Assembly: GCA_963798085.1 (NCBI GenBank) | Contig: CAWCRS010000003.1 | Coordinates: 928,001 to 992,000 of the forward strand | DNA: 64,000 nucleotides | Reading direction: 5' to 3' | DNA from: an uncultured Gemmatimonadales bacterium | GTDB taxonomy: Bacteria; Gemmatimonadota; Gemmatimonadetes; Longimicrobiales; RSA9 | Part shown: in pieces, positions 34,119 through 44,116 of the stretch | How positions within the stretch are numbered: the first letter of the stretch is position 1 | Layout: each line of letters opens with the position of its first letter | Position numbers and translations under genes: made by a program | The notes under the pieces: model-generated | Told to the model about the DNA's origin: nothing | The model's database searches: none | The model's input: only the letters and a program-made list of their open reading frames with translations

Positions 34119-36653
34119 TCAGAAGACTTTCGCGGGCGTTAATACGACGGGCAGCGGTCGGCCGACCCGCCCGTCGTCGCCGTTCCCCCAGCAGAATGCT
34201 GCGCCGCTGTTCTGGAGCGCGCAGATCACGTTCTGGCCGGCAGCGATCTGCGCCGCGTTCGGCACACCGGTGACACGCGTGGGCGTTGTCGTCGTGGCCC
34301 GCGGGAAGGTCCCCGGGTTGGCGCCCCAGCACCAGAGCACGCTGCTACCGTCAATCGCGCAGCTGACGTCCGGTCCTGCTGCAATCCGCGTGGCATTGGT
34401 GATGCCGGCGACGGGTGTCGGCGGGTCGCCGCCCGTCTGGGCCACCTGCGTGTGCCCGAGTGCGCCGTTCAGACTCGAGCCCCAGCAGTAGACGTTGCCA
34501 CCGCTGATCGCGCATGTGTGATTTGCCCCGCCGGCCACTAACGCGACATTGGACAGGCCGGGCACCTGAGCTGGCACGAGCTGCGTTCCCGGCGTGGGTG
34601 CGACCGGAAAACCCAGCTGGCCTACCCGTCCGAACCCCCAGCAATAGACGTCGCCGGCGGTGCTGATTGCGCAGGTGTGACTCGCACCCGCGGCCACATC
34701 CCGGAACGGCACACTCGAAAGCGCCATCACCGGTACCGGGCTGTTCGTGGTCGAGTTGTCGCCGAGCGCGCCCAGGGCGTTGTAGCCCCAGCACCAGAGG
34801 TAGCCGGTTTGCGACTCCACGGCGCAGGCGTGGGCCTGACCCGTGGTCAGTGCCGAGTAACTGCGCCCGCCCCCGACCAGGCGAGGCGAGACAGAGGATG
34901 TCGTGGAGCCATCGCCCAGCCCGTACGGGTTGGTGCCCCAGCACCAGGCGCCGCCGGCGGCGTCGAGTCCGCAGGCAAAGCCCAACGCTCCGGATATGGC
35001 GTGCAGCGCCGGCCCCCCGATGGACGCCGGAGCGGCGGTCAGACTTGTCGAATCCGGTGACAGCGGACCCCAGCAGCTCACGGTACCCGATGATGCCACG
35101 CCGCACGAAGCGCCGCTGATCTCCCGCCACCCGGCGCCGGGCAGCTGCACGGGATCAGGCTCGTAGGCATCCAACCCTGTCCCCACCTGACCGAGAGCGC
35201 TCCGGCCCCAGCAGTAGAGGCCCACCTGCGCCAGCCAGCAGGAGTGCTGGCCACCCAGGGAGAGTTCGCCCACGCCACCGGCGAGCATCACCGGAGCCGG
35301 AGCCGCATGATCACTGCGACTGCCGTCGCCGAGCTGACCGTACGCGTTGGCACCCCAGCACAGGACTGCGCCACTCACTGTCACACCGCAGGTGTGCTGC
35401 GTACCGGTCTTGATATCCTCGAAGTGGAATCCGCCCTCAACGGGCCGCGGTGACATCGCACAGCTGTACGCGACGGTAGCAAAACTACAGCTGTCGAACG
35501 GGCCCGCAGCGCCGAGTTGCCCGTTGCTGTTGTTGCCCCAGCACCACGCGGCCTCATTCAGGTCGACAGCGCACGTGGTAGTCAGGTAGCTGTTCACCGT
35601 TGCCATGCCGAGTCTCTGGAACTTGTGACCGCCGGCGACCAGCGTGGGAACGGAGCGGTCCGTAGCCGTTCCGTCGCCGAGCTGACCCGTTATGTTCGAC
35701 CCCCAGCAGTACGCATCGCCGCCGGTCGAAAGCGCACAGGTGTTGAGGGCACCCGCATCCAGCGCGGCAAAGGAAACCCCTGGCGGCGCCAGAGCCTTGA
35801 CCGGAACCAGCGAGTTGCCTGTCGCGCCGCTGCCGAGTTCCGGGCCCAGGCCGCCCCAGCACCAGACCTCGCCCGCAGACGTCAATCCGCAGGTATGGAA
35901 TCCGCCCGCCGAGATATCCACGAATGTGAGACCTGCGGCAGCAGCGACGGGAACATGGCTGTCGACCTTCGCGCCGTTGCCCAGCTGGCCGTAGAAGTCG
36001 TAACCCCAGCACCATGCCTTGCCGGATGTCTCGAGAGCACAGGTGTGGATGAGGCCGGCGCTGATGATGGAGTACGGTCCTCCGGACACCGCCGTGGGAG
36101 TGGACAGAAAACCGCTCGCCGATCCACTGCCCACCTCGCCCTGATCGTTTCTGCCCCAGCAGTACGCGGTCCCGCTGCGCAGGACGCAGCTGTGCTGATC
36201 GCCCAGGCTGAGTGTGCCGGTCAACACCATGGCATCGACGGAGGCGGTCGTCGTCTCACCCTGCTTGAGCGTGACGGTAGTGCCGCCGCTCTCCACGACG
36301 CGCGCATTCTCCAGCAGGTCCACGCGCACATCGACGGTCTGCGTCTGTTCCTTCACATCCAGTTCCAGCCGGATGCGCAGCTCGCTCGATGTCGACGGGA
36401 AGGCGATGGTTGTGTCCGCGAGCATGCCGGTACTCGCACTGACGCGGACACGCACCTGGTCGGGTGCGGCGAGTCGGGCCGCAGCGGAGACGGAATAGCC
36501 CACGAGGAGTGATGCCCTGGCCTGCGCCGGTGCGTGCAGGATCGCGTCCGGGTGGCAGCCCGGCAGCGCGATGGCCAGCAGGAGCGTCGTCCACCAGAAG
36601 GGTGCACGACTGACTCCGTCTGACCGAGGTCCGCGCGACGTCGCCGGCGTCAT
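34119..36653 (-). CDS. RCC1/BLIP-II repeat protein, probable lipoprotein
   Basis: Many HTC...G.(A/V).CWG.N..GQLG repeats; lipobox-like LPGC. Confidence 0.88.
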   Translation of the reverse strand: MTPATSRGPRSDGVSRAPFWWTTLLLAIALPGCHPDAILHAPAQARASLLVGYSVSAAARLAAPDQVRVRVSASTGMLADTTIAFPSTSSELRIRLELDVKEQTQTVDVRVDLLENARVVESGGTTVTLKQGETTTASVDAMVLTGTLSLGDQHSCVLRSGTAYCWGRNDQGEVGSGSASGFLSTPTAVSGGPYSIISAGLIHTCALETSGKAWCWGYDFYGQLGNGAKVDSHVPVAAAAGLTFVDISAGGFHTCGLTSAGEVWCWGGLGPELGSGATGNSLVPVKALAPPGVSFAALDAGALNTCALSTGGDAYCWGSNITGQLGDGTATDRSVPTLVAGGHKFQRLGMATVNSYLTTTCAVDLNEAAWCWGNNSNGQLGAAGPFDSCSFATVAYSCAMSPRPVEGGFHFEDIKTGTQHTCGVTVSGAVLCWGANAYGQLGDGSRSDHAAPAPVMLAGGVGELSLGGQHSCWLAQVGLYCWGRSALGQVGTGLDAYEPDPVQLPGAGWREISGASCGVASSGTVSCWGPLSPDSTSLTAAPASIGGPALHAISGALGFACGLDAAGGAWCWGTNPYGLGDGSTTSSVSPRLVGGGRSYSALTTGQAHACAVESQTGYLWCWGYNALGALGDNSTTNSPVPVMALSSVPFRDVAAGASHTCAISTAGDVYCWGFGRVGQLGFPVAPTPGTQLVPAQVPGLSNVALVAGGANHTCAISGGNVYCWGSSLNGALGHTQVAQTGGDPPTPVAGITNATRIAAGPDVSCAIDGSSVLWCWGANPGTFPRATTTTPTRVTGVPNAAQIAAGQNVICALQNSGAAFCWGNGDDGRVGRPLPVVLTPAKVF

Positions 36654-36894
36654 GATGCCCTCGAATGCTGCCGATTTCGGAATGTTGCCAGGCAGGCGGG
36701 GGGCGCCCGAGGCGGTGGCGAAAATAATAGCCCCGCCCCCGCCACGCGACGCATCCGGCCGCCGCGCGCCGCGACGGCACGCACGCCGTGCGCGGTCGGC
36801 CGATTGGGACAAAGTTTCCGCGCCACAACTCGCGTGGTATCATCAGCGTCGGCCACCCCGGGATAGACACCCCCACATTCAACAGGAGGACTTC

Positions 36895-37677
36895 ATGCGA
36901 GGTCGCATGGCTGGCGGTACGGTCGCACTGATGGCGGCCGTCGTGTGCGCGTGTTCACAGGAGGCTCCGGTCGTAGAAGCGAAGGGGGACTGTGCGGATG
37001 TGTTTCAGGGCCAGGTGTGCACGTGGGCGAAGACCAAAGGCAACGACGTGGTCGAAGTGGGCGCGACCATACCCCTCGCGAGCATAACGAATGCGCCAGG
37101 CGAGCCGGACATGTCCTGGCCGCCCAAGGCGATTGCTACGCTGACCGTGCCCGGGAGCGAGCAGAGCGGACTCCTGCACATGGACGTTTTCTGGGAAGCG
37201 GCAGGGCATCCGCCGGGCCCCTACCTCACCCCGCACTGGGACTTCCACTTCTACACGGTGCCCCAGGCCGACGTGACAGCAATCGATTGCTCGGACCTGT
37301 CGAAGCCGTCGGAGCTGCCCGCAGCGTATTCCCTGCCGGATGTGCCGCTACCGGACGAGATGGCGCAGATGGTGGGGACGAAGACGTTGATCGGGCTCTG
37401 CGTGCCGAATATGGGAATGCACGCATTGCTGTCATCGGAGCTGGCCAGCTCCGAGACGTTCCGTGGCACGATGGTCGTCGGCTACTACAAGGCGAAGCCC
37501 ATTTTCGTCGAGCCGATGATCACGAAGGCGATGCTGGAGGAGAAGAAGCCGTTCGATCTGACCATCCCGACGGTTCCCGGGATGACGGGCAAGCACCCGA
37601 CGATGTTCCACGCGGATTTCGACGACGCGACGCAGTCGTACCGCTTCGTGTTCTCGGGGTTCGCTGCGGCGGGCTGA
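36895..37677 (+). CDS. Lipoprotein, DUF5602/TTHB210-like His-rich domain
   Basis: AGGAGG RBS, lipobox VCAC, GHPP..Y..PHWDFHFY and VPNMGMH motifs. Confidence 0.65.
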   Translation: MRGRMAGGTVALMAAVVCACSQEAPVVEAKGDCADVFQGQVCTWAKTKGNDVVEVGATIPLASITNAPGEPDMSWPPKAIATLTVPGSEQSGLLHMDVFWEAAGHPPGPYLTPHWDFHFYTVPQADVTAIDCSDLSKPSELPAAYSLPDVPLPDEMAQMVGTKTLIGLCVPNMGMHALLSSELASSETFRGTMVVGYYKAKPIFVEPMITKAMLEEKKPFDLTIPTVPGMTGKHPTMFHADFDDATQSYRFVFSGFAAAG

Positions 37678-38356
37678 GTTTGTCGTGGTACGCGCGCGTC
37701 ACGTCTGACTGAGCGCGTCGCACGGGCTCACGGCGAGCGCCTGCCGCACGGCGAGCCGCTGGCTGTGGAGCCCGGCGACGCGCGCGCAGTTGAGCGTCGC
37801 ATCGATCTGCGCCGCAACCTGCCGTACACGTATCCACCCGCGGCCGCGACAGTCGCGCCGCCTCGCACGTACGCGTGACGAGCGGCGCGGCGGGCCGTGG
37901 ACGCGAGTGCCTCTGCGCGGGCGTGCCTGCGCCGCGCGCCGCGCGCGTGTAACGCATTGTTAGCAGATTCGGCGAAAAAGCGCGGGCACAGGCGGGCTTT
38001 CCGGGTCCTGGCAGATGGCCGCTGCGCGCGCGTTGCAAAATGCATCGGCCGGTGTGGAGTTCACAGCGTGTTAGTGCTTGACAGACGGCGGTCATGAGAC
38101 AAGATTGAGGCCACTCTTCCCCGGATTCATACGTACATGGAAGCGCTCCCGTCTTTGTCCGAGGCGGGCGATCCCTGAAAAAATCGCGACGCGACGCGAA
38201 CACGACGCCCCGTGCGGGGCCCGTCGCGTGCCTGAGGTATTGCCGATGTGAGGCAGTGACCCGAGCGAGTTCCCCGGGTCCGCGCCGACGCGTGTTCCCG
38301 ATCTCCCCGGATCGGTTGCCACTCTCTCATTCCCAGGTTCCCCCAGGGAGGTCGCT

Positions 38357-39796
38357 ATGTCGTGTATCAGGGCAGGGACAGGTACACAGGCGCCGCAACA
38401 GCGTGTTCGCGGGCGCCGCCGACGAGCGTGGGTCGGCGTGGCGGTGCTCGGCGTCGTGCTGGTGCCGGGCTGCGCGGACCGGACGGATCCCATCGATCAG
38501 GCGAAGGCGGATGCGCCCGCGCCGGCGATGGATCTCACGCCGACGGCGAGGATGATCGGGGACGTGCTGCCGGGCACGGACATGACGGCGTTTGCCGAGG
38601 CAGCGGATGCGTTCGGTGACGCCGAAGGCATCGAGGATGGCCTGGGCCCCATCTTCAACGACCGGGCGTGCGGCGCGTGTCACAGCACACCGGTGATGGG
38701 CGGTTCGGGTGCGCAGATCGAGCGTCGCTTCGGCAGGCTGACGAACGGCGTGTTCTTCGGCTACGATCGCGCACCGGACAACCAGGGCGGCACCCTGCGG
38801 CAGCTGTTCACGAACGGCGCCTACCTGTACGGCTCGCAGGCGTGCAACATGCCGCTCGAGGTGGAGCCGGCGGACGCCAACGTAAACAACGTCGGTCGCC
38901 GCACTACGCCGCTGTTCGGGCTGGGTCTGGTGGATGCGCTTCCCGATCTGCTCTTCGACCTGATCGCGGCGGCGCAGCCGGCGTCGATCCGCGGCGCGGT
39001 GCAGCGCGTCAACGTGGTGCTGCCGGACCCGCGTGATCCTGCGCAGAGCATCGGCGCGAAGCGCGTCGCGCGTTTCGGCTGGAAGGGTCGCGTGCCCAGC
39101 CTGATGCAGTTCGCGGCGGATGCCTACGTCAACGAGATGGGCATCACGACGCAGAGCTGCTTCCACGGGCAGACCATCACGGCCTTCGCCAACGAGAACC
39201 AGCCCAACGGCGCACCGGATGATCCGGTGTGCAATGCGGGCGACCTGGCGCCAGTCCAGCCGGCGCACGCCGACGTGCCGACGTTCACGGACGACGCCGT
39301 GGGTCCGTGCACGGGCGGGCTGACCGAGGTGCAGGAAGATCTGGTGCTCTTCACGAAGTTCATGGAGTCGCTGGCGCCGCCGCCGCGTGACTTGAGCCAA
39401 CCCGGCGCGATCCTGCTGGGCGCGCCGCTGTTCGCGAAGATCGGCTGTGCCGGCTGCCACCTGCAGGCGGTCTACTTCACGCCGGCGCATCCGTTCAATG
39501 GCGTGCCGGGCAATTATCCGTTCCAGCCGTTCTCTGATTTCCTCGCGCACGACATGGGATCATTGGGCGATCACATTGGCGACACGGGAAACACCGAGGC
39601 GCAGACGCGGCTCATCCGCACGCAGCCGCTCTGGGGCGCGCGCTTCAACACGCAGTACCTGCACGACGGGCGCGCACCGGACCTGCGCAGCGCGATCCTG
39701 GCGCACGATGGCCAGGCGAGGCCAGCGCGTGTCGCGTTCGAGAAGCTCGGCCCGACAGCGCAGAACGTGCTGATCAAGTACATCCTCTCGCTCTGA
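38357..39796 (+). CDS. Di-heme oxidoreductase (DHOR)-family lipoprotein
   Basis: DGLGPIFN, CGACH and CAGCH heme motifs, RFGWKG, AYVNEMGIT, LWG and YLHDGRA. Confidence 0.88.
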   Translation: MSCIRAGTGTQAPQQRVRGRRRRAWVGVAVLGVVLVPGCADRTDPIDQAKADAPAPAMDLTPTARMIGDVLPGTDMTAFAEAADAFGDAEGIEDGLGPIFNDRACGACHSTPVMGGSGAQIERRFGRLTNGVFFGYDRAPDNQGGTLRQLFTNGAYLYGSQACNMPLEVEPADANVNNVGRRTTPLFGLGLVDALPDLLFDLIAAAQPASIRGAVQRVNVVLPDPRDPAQSIGAKRVARFGWKGRVPSLMQFAADAYVNEMGITTQSCFHGQTITAFANENQPNGAPDDPVCNAGDLAPVQPAHADVPTFTDDAVGPCTGGLTEVQEDLVLFTKFMESLAPPPRDLSQPGAILLGAPLFAKIGCAGCHLQAVYFTPAHPFNGVPGNYPFQPFSDFLAHDMGSLGDHIGDTGNTEAQTRLIRTQPLWGARFNTQYLHDGRAPDLRSAILAHDGQARPARVAFEKLGPTAQNVLIKYILSL

Positions 39797-39797
39797 C

Positions 39798-40601
39798 GTG
39801 CAGAGTTCAGGCGACGATGCACGGCCGGGAACCGGCGAAGGTTCCGCGTTGAGCGGGGCCTCCGCCGGCGCCGCGCGGCGTGACGCATCTCCGACGTCAC
39901 GTCGCGCGCGCGGCCCGCGCGCGACGCGCTACCTGTGGCTCCTGGTACTGGGGCTCGGGCCGGTGCGCGCGCGCAGCCTGCCAGCGTCCACGCCGGGTCC
40001 GCTGGATCTGCCGGATGCCGGATACGCGAAGGGATCGAGCCACGCGCCGGTCGCCATCATCGAGTTCGTAGACTTCAGCTGTCCGGCGTGCGCGACCTTC
40101 GCGCTGCACACCATGCCGCAGATCGAGCGCGACTGGATCGCCACCGGCCGGGCCCGCCTGCGCGTGGTGCCGTTCGATGCGTTGCGTGCCGGCCGCGCGG
40201 CCGCGCGCGCCGCCGCCTGCGCGGCCGAGCAGGGAAAGTTCTGGCCCATGCACGACTCTCTCTTCGCGCGCAGCGGTGAATGGCGTCGTCGCGTAATGCA
40301 GTACCGGTTCTTCGATGGGTTCGCAGCGCAGATCGGGCTGGACCTGACACGCTACGAGTACTGCTGGAAGCACAACACCGGACTCGAGCAGTTCGAGCGC
40401 AACACGGCGCTGGCACGCGGTTATGGTGTGCCGGGAACGCCCGCGTTCTTCGTGAACGGCCGGCCGCTCGTGGGCGCGCTGCCGTACAGCGAGTTTGGGC
40501 CCATGCTCGAGGCGGCCGAGGCGGGCGTCGCCTCAGGCCGCAGTCCCGCGTTGTCTCCCACGCAAGGGGCGGCAGGTAGTCGGCTTCGATCCGTTCGGTG
40601 A
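39798..40601 (+). CDS. DsbA/thioredoxin-fold protein
   Basis: IEFVDFSCPAC, EQGKFWPMHD and GVPGTPAFFVNG. Start uncertain. Confidence 0.85.
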   Translation: MQSSGDDARPGTGEGSALSGASAGAARRDASPTSRRARGPRATRYLWLLVLGLGPVRARSLPASTPGPLDLPDAGYAKGSSHAPVAIIEFVDFSCPACATFALHTMPQIERDWIATGRARLRVVPFDALRAGRAAARAAACAAEQGKFWPMHDSLFARSGEWRRRVMQYRFFDGFAAQIGLDLTRYEYCWKHNTGLEQFERNTALARGYGVPGTPAFFVNGRPLVGALPYSEFGPMLEAAEAGVASGRSPALSPTQGAAGSRLRSVR

Positions 40602-40691
40602 CCCGGTCCCGTTGTGGCGCGGCCTCGCTCGAGGAGGTGACCGTACCCAGCCCGACCGGCGTGACCGGCGGCTGCACCGGGCGAGGCCGGA

Positions 40692-43394
40692 CTACTCCTC
40701 GCGCAACGCCACGAGCGGGCTGATGCGGCTGGCGCGCACCGCCGGAAGCAGGCAGGCGAGCATTGCGCCGGTGGACAGCAGCAGCACGACGCCTGTCCAG
40801 GTCAGCGGATCGAGCGGACTCAGGCGGAAGAGCAGTCCGCGCACCAGGCGGGAGGCGGCGAGCGCCCCGGCCGCGCCAATGATGAGTCCCACCGCGATGA
40901 TGCGCGCGCCCTGACCTACGACGTGGCCCAGCACCACGCCTCGCCGCGCGCCAAGCGCCATGCGCACGCCGATCTCACGCGTGCGCTGCGTCACAGCGAA
41001 CGCCATCACCCCATAGATGCCGACCAGCGCGAGCACCCCGCCGAGCCCGGCGAAGCAGCCGACCACGAATGTGCGCAGTCGCGGCTCCGAGACGGTGGTG
41101 GCAATGCGGTCCGTCATGGTGCGCAGACCCGTGATGGGAATGGCCGGATCGATCTCGCGCACCGCGGCGCGCACCAATGCGACGAGCGGCATTGGATCAT
41201 TCGTCGCGCGCAGCACGATCCAGAGGTCCGTGGCCCACGGCGTCTGTACGAGCGGGAAGTACAGCTCCAGGCGCACGGGTTCATCGAGCGAAAACCGCTG
41301 CGTGTTGCCGACGACGCCGACCACGGTGATCCACGGGTCATGGTCGACCTCGTCGACGCTGCCCGTCCGGAAACGCCGGCCGATCGGGTCCTGGCCGGGC
41401 CAGAGCCGGTCCGCCAGCGCCTGGTTCACGACCACGACGCCGGGCGCGTTCGCGTTGTCGCGGGCATCGAGCAGGCGACCACGCTGCAGCGGGATGCGCA
41501 TCGTGTTGAACCAGTCGCCGTACACGGGATACATGCCGACGACCGGTTCCTTCCCTGCCTGCACACTTGCGCCTTCGGGAACAATGCGGCCGGAGGCGAA
41601 GCCATTGCTGAAGGGCAGCGCCCAGACACCGCCCGTGCCCACTACGCCGGGCAGGCGCCCGACACGCTCGAGCACTGCCGTGAAGTAGGCCACGCGCCGG
41701 GCCGGCTCGCGGTAGCTCGCGGCGGGCGGAGCCAGGTGCAGGCTCAGCACATTCTGCGGATCCAGCCCGGCCGGCACCGCGGTGAGGCGGAGGAAGCTGT
41801 GCAGCAGCAGCGCGGCGCCGGTCAGCAGCACGAAGGCGAGGGCGAGCTGCGCCACCACGAGCAGCCGCTGCAGGCGACCGGCGCGACGGCCCGTACTGCC
41901 ACGCCCGGCCTCCCGCAATGACGCGTTAGTATCCTGGCGTGAGATGCGCAGTGCGGGCAGCAGCCCGAAAAGCACGGCGCAGAGCGCGGACACGACGAGC
42001 GTGAAGATCAGGGCGCGCGTGTCCACGCTGATCGCATCCCGGCGAGGCAGCGAGTCGGGCGCGAAGGCAAGGAGCAGACGCGTGCTGTTGAGCGCGAGCA
42101 GAACGCCCAGTCCTCCGCCGGCGAACGCCAGCAGGCTGCTCTCCGTCAGCAGCTGGCGCACCAGTCGGCCGCGTCCCGCGCCCATCGCCGATCGCACCGC
42201 CAGCTCGCGGCCCCGCACGGTGGCGCGCACCAGCATGAGGTTGGCCAGGTTCGCGCACGCCACCAGCAGCAGCAGCGCGACGGCGAACGAGAGCATGGTG
42301 AGCGTGGGCCGGATGTCCGCCGTTACCACATCGTTTTCCAGCTGCAGGTTGGGCTGGTTCGTTTCGAACACATCCGGATACGCAACGCGCATGCGGTCGA
42401 ACAGCGCCTGCATCTCGGCGCGCGCGGACGTCAGAGAGGCGCCGGGCGCGAGCCGGCCAATCACCTGCAGGTAGTTCGTGTCACGATCCTGACGGGCATC
42501 ATCCGCGCGCAATGCCGTCCAATACTCGTCGCGCCAGCCGGGGAAATCGAAGTGCGGCGGCATTACGCCGATCACCGTGTGCGCCTCGTCGCCCACCATG
42601 AGCACCTTGCCGATGATGCCGGGCAGCGCGCCGTAGCGGCGGCGCCAGAGCGCATCGCTCAGCACGATCACGCGCGGTGCACCCGCGACCGCATCCGCCT
42701 CCGTCAGCGTGCGCCCCAGCTGCGCGCCCACGCCCAGCAGCGTGAACAGATTGCCCGTGCTCTGGGCGCCGGCGATCTGCTCGACCTCCGCTCCATCGCC
42801 GGAGAAGGTGTGGCCGATCTGCGTGCGGAATGCGGCCATGTCCGAGAAGCTGTGCGCGTCGTGGCGCAGGTCGCTGAAGGTGGGCCAGGAGAGCGGGCCT
42901 CTCGCCATGTCGATGCGCGCCACGCGCTGCCAGACCATCACCAGGCGGTCCGGCGAACGCCAGGGCAGCGGCTTCAGCAGCGCCGCATCCACCACGGAGA
43001 AGATGGCGGTGACCGCGCCGATCGAGAGCGCGAGCACGACAAGGGCGACGACGCTGAAGCCGGGGTTACGCGCCCAGGAACGCACCGCGTGCCGCACATC
43101 CGTCACAAGCCGGTCCATGGATCTACCTCGCCTTTTCTCAGCCGCGTGCCGAATCCCGGGCGACCTGACCGGGATCCCGCGCGCGATACGGAGCTTCACC
43201 GCAATGCGTGCGACGTCGGCGGATTCGCGCAGTGCGCAGAGAAGGGCGCCCGCCCACCCGCGCTCCGCGTGCGCCTCGGCGGACAAGCGGGCGAAATCGG
43301 CTTCCATCTCCCACGCGTGCTCGCGCCGGAACTGCGCGGGCAGCAGCCGGAGCGCGGCGCGATACGCGAAAGGCGCGCGGCCGCGGGCCGACAT
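40692..43394 (-). CDS. ADOP-family ABC permease
   Basis: LALSIGA, ACANLANLML, RELAVRSAMGA, QRTREIGVRMALGA and PAVRASRISP. Confidence 0.93.
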   Translation of the reverse strand: MSARGRAPFAYRAALRLLPAQFRREHAWEMEADFARLSAEAHAERGWAGALLCALRESADVARIAVKLRIARGIPVRSPGIRHAAEKRRGRSMDRLVTDVRHAVRSWARNPGFSVVALVVLALSIGAVTAIFSVVDAALLKPLPWRSPDRLVMVWQRVARIDMARGPLSWPTFSDLRHDAHSFSDMAAFRTQIGHTFSGDGAEVEQIAGAQSTGNLFTLLGVGAQLGRTLTEADAVAGAPRVIVLSDALWRRRYGALPGIIGKVLMVGDEAHTVIGVMPPHFDFPGWRDEYWTALRADDARQDRDTNYLQVIGRLAPGASLTSARAEMQALFDRMRVAYPDVFETNQPNLQLENDVVTADIRPTLTMLSFAVALLLLVACANLANLMLVRATVRGRELAVRSAMGAGRGRLVRQLLTESSLLAFAGGGLGVLLALNSTRLLLAFAPDSLPRRDAISVDTRALIFTLVVSALCAVLFGLLPALRISRQDTNASLREAGRGSTGRRAGRLQRLLVVAQLALAFVLLTGAALLLHSFLRLTAVPAGLDPQNVLSLHLAPPAASYREPARRVAYFTAVLERVGRLPGVVGTGGVWALPFSNGFASGRIVPEGASVQAGKEPVVGMYPVYGDWFNTMRIPLQRGRLLDARDNANAPGVVVVNQALADRLWPGQDPIGRRFRTGSVDEVDHDPWITVVGVVGNTQRFSLDEPVRLELYFPLVQTPWATDLWIVLRATNDPMPLVALVRAAVREIDPAIPITGLRTMTDRIATTVSEPRLRTFVVGCFAGLGGVLALVGIYGVMAFAVTQRTREIGVRMALGARRGVVLGHVVGQGARIIAVGLIIGAAGALAASRLVRGLLFRLSPLDPLTWTGVVLLLSTGAMLACLLPAVRASRISPLVALREE

Positions 43395-43765
43395 CAGCGC
43401 TCGGCGCGGGCGGCGCTGCGCAGGCTGGCCGGGCGCAGCAGATGCTTGTCCGTGCCGACCGCCACCAGGTTCGCCAGCCGCTGCAGCTCCGCGCGCGCAA
43501 CATCGCGGCCGAGCGCGGTGATCGCGTAATAGCGGCGGCGGGCGTCCTCACCGGCCGCAGGCGCGAGCGTCGAACTCTGGATCAGTCCCTCGTCGGTCAT
43601 GCGCTGGAGCGCGGCGTACAGCGTGCCGGTTCCGGGTCGCCCACCTGCCGGGTCGTTTTCCTGGATCTGCTTGAGGATGGCGTAGCCGTGGCGGTCCTCG
43701 TCGGCGAGCGCGATGAGGATGCCGAGGGACAGCGGTGTGAGGGGCAGGAATTGTCGTATGGGCAC
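43394..43765 (-). CDS. PadR-family transcriptional regulator
   Basis: ILIALADEDRHGYAI...GTLYAALQRM...RRRYYAIT; coupled to the permease. Confidence 0.92.
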   Translation of the reverse strand: MPIRQFLPLTPLSLGILIALADEDRHGYAILKQIQENDPAGGRPGTGTLYAALQRMTDEGLIQSSTLAPAAGEDARRRYYAITALGRDVARAELQRLANLVAVGTDKHLLRPASLRSAARAER

Positions 43766-43770
43766 GTTCT

Positions 43771-43783
43771 ATACCGACGGTAT
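43771..43783. promoter_or_regulatory. Palindrome upstream of padR, candidate autoregulatory operator
   Basis: ATACCG-A-CGGTAT lies 5 bp from the GTG start. A TTGACT -35 lies further upstream on the minus strand. Confidence 0.5.
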
Positions 43784-43843
43784 CTATAGTGACAATCGCC
43801 ATAATGGGTGGAGGGGATGGGGAAAGTCAAGGGCGGGTGGGCA

Positions 43844-44114
43844 TCGGACCGTCTTGGCGTTCTTGGGTTTGGCGGGAGCTGTTATCGAACGCCCGAGCGC
43901 CTCCGAATTGTCACCCGCGAGGAGGATCCGGACGCTTGCGCGGTCCCGTTGTACCGGTAGCGGGCCAGGTGGTTGGGCGGACATGGCTTCAGCTCGTCCG
44001 ATGCTGCTATCGGCGCGCCCGGAGTGGACGGTTAGGGTGGCCAATGCCCTGGAGGCGAGGAAGGCCGCGGCATAGCGGGAACGGCCAGAACCCAAGAACG
44101 CCAAGACGGTCCGA
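43844..44114. mobile_element. MITE-like element with perfect 26-bp terminal inverted repeats
   Basis: TCGGACCGTCTTGGCGTTCTTGGGTT (43844-43869) and its reverse complement (44089-44114). Confidence 0.65.
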
Positions 44115-44116
44115 CG

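Noticed and set aside
34119..36250. CRISPR-like periodic repeats (CCCCAGCA)
   Set aside because: These are codons of the CWG motif in RCC1 protein repeats; no CRISPR array or cas gene was found in the window.
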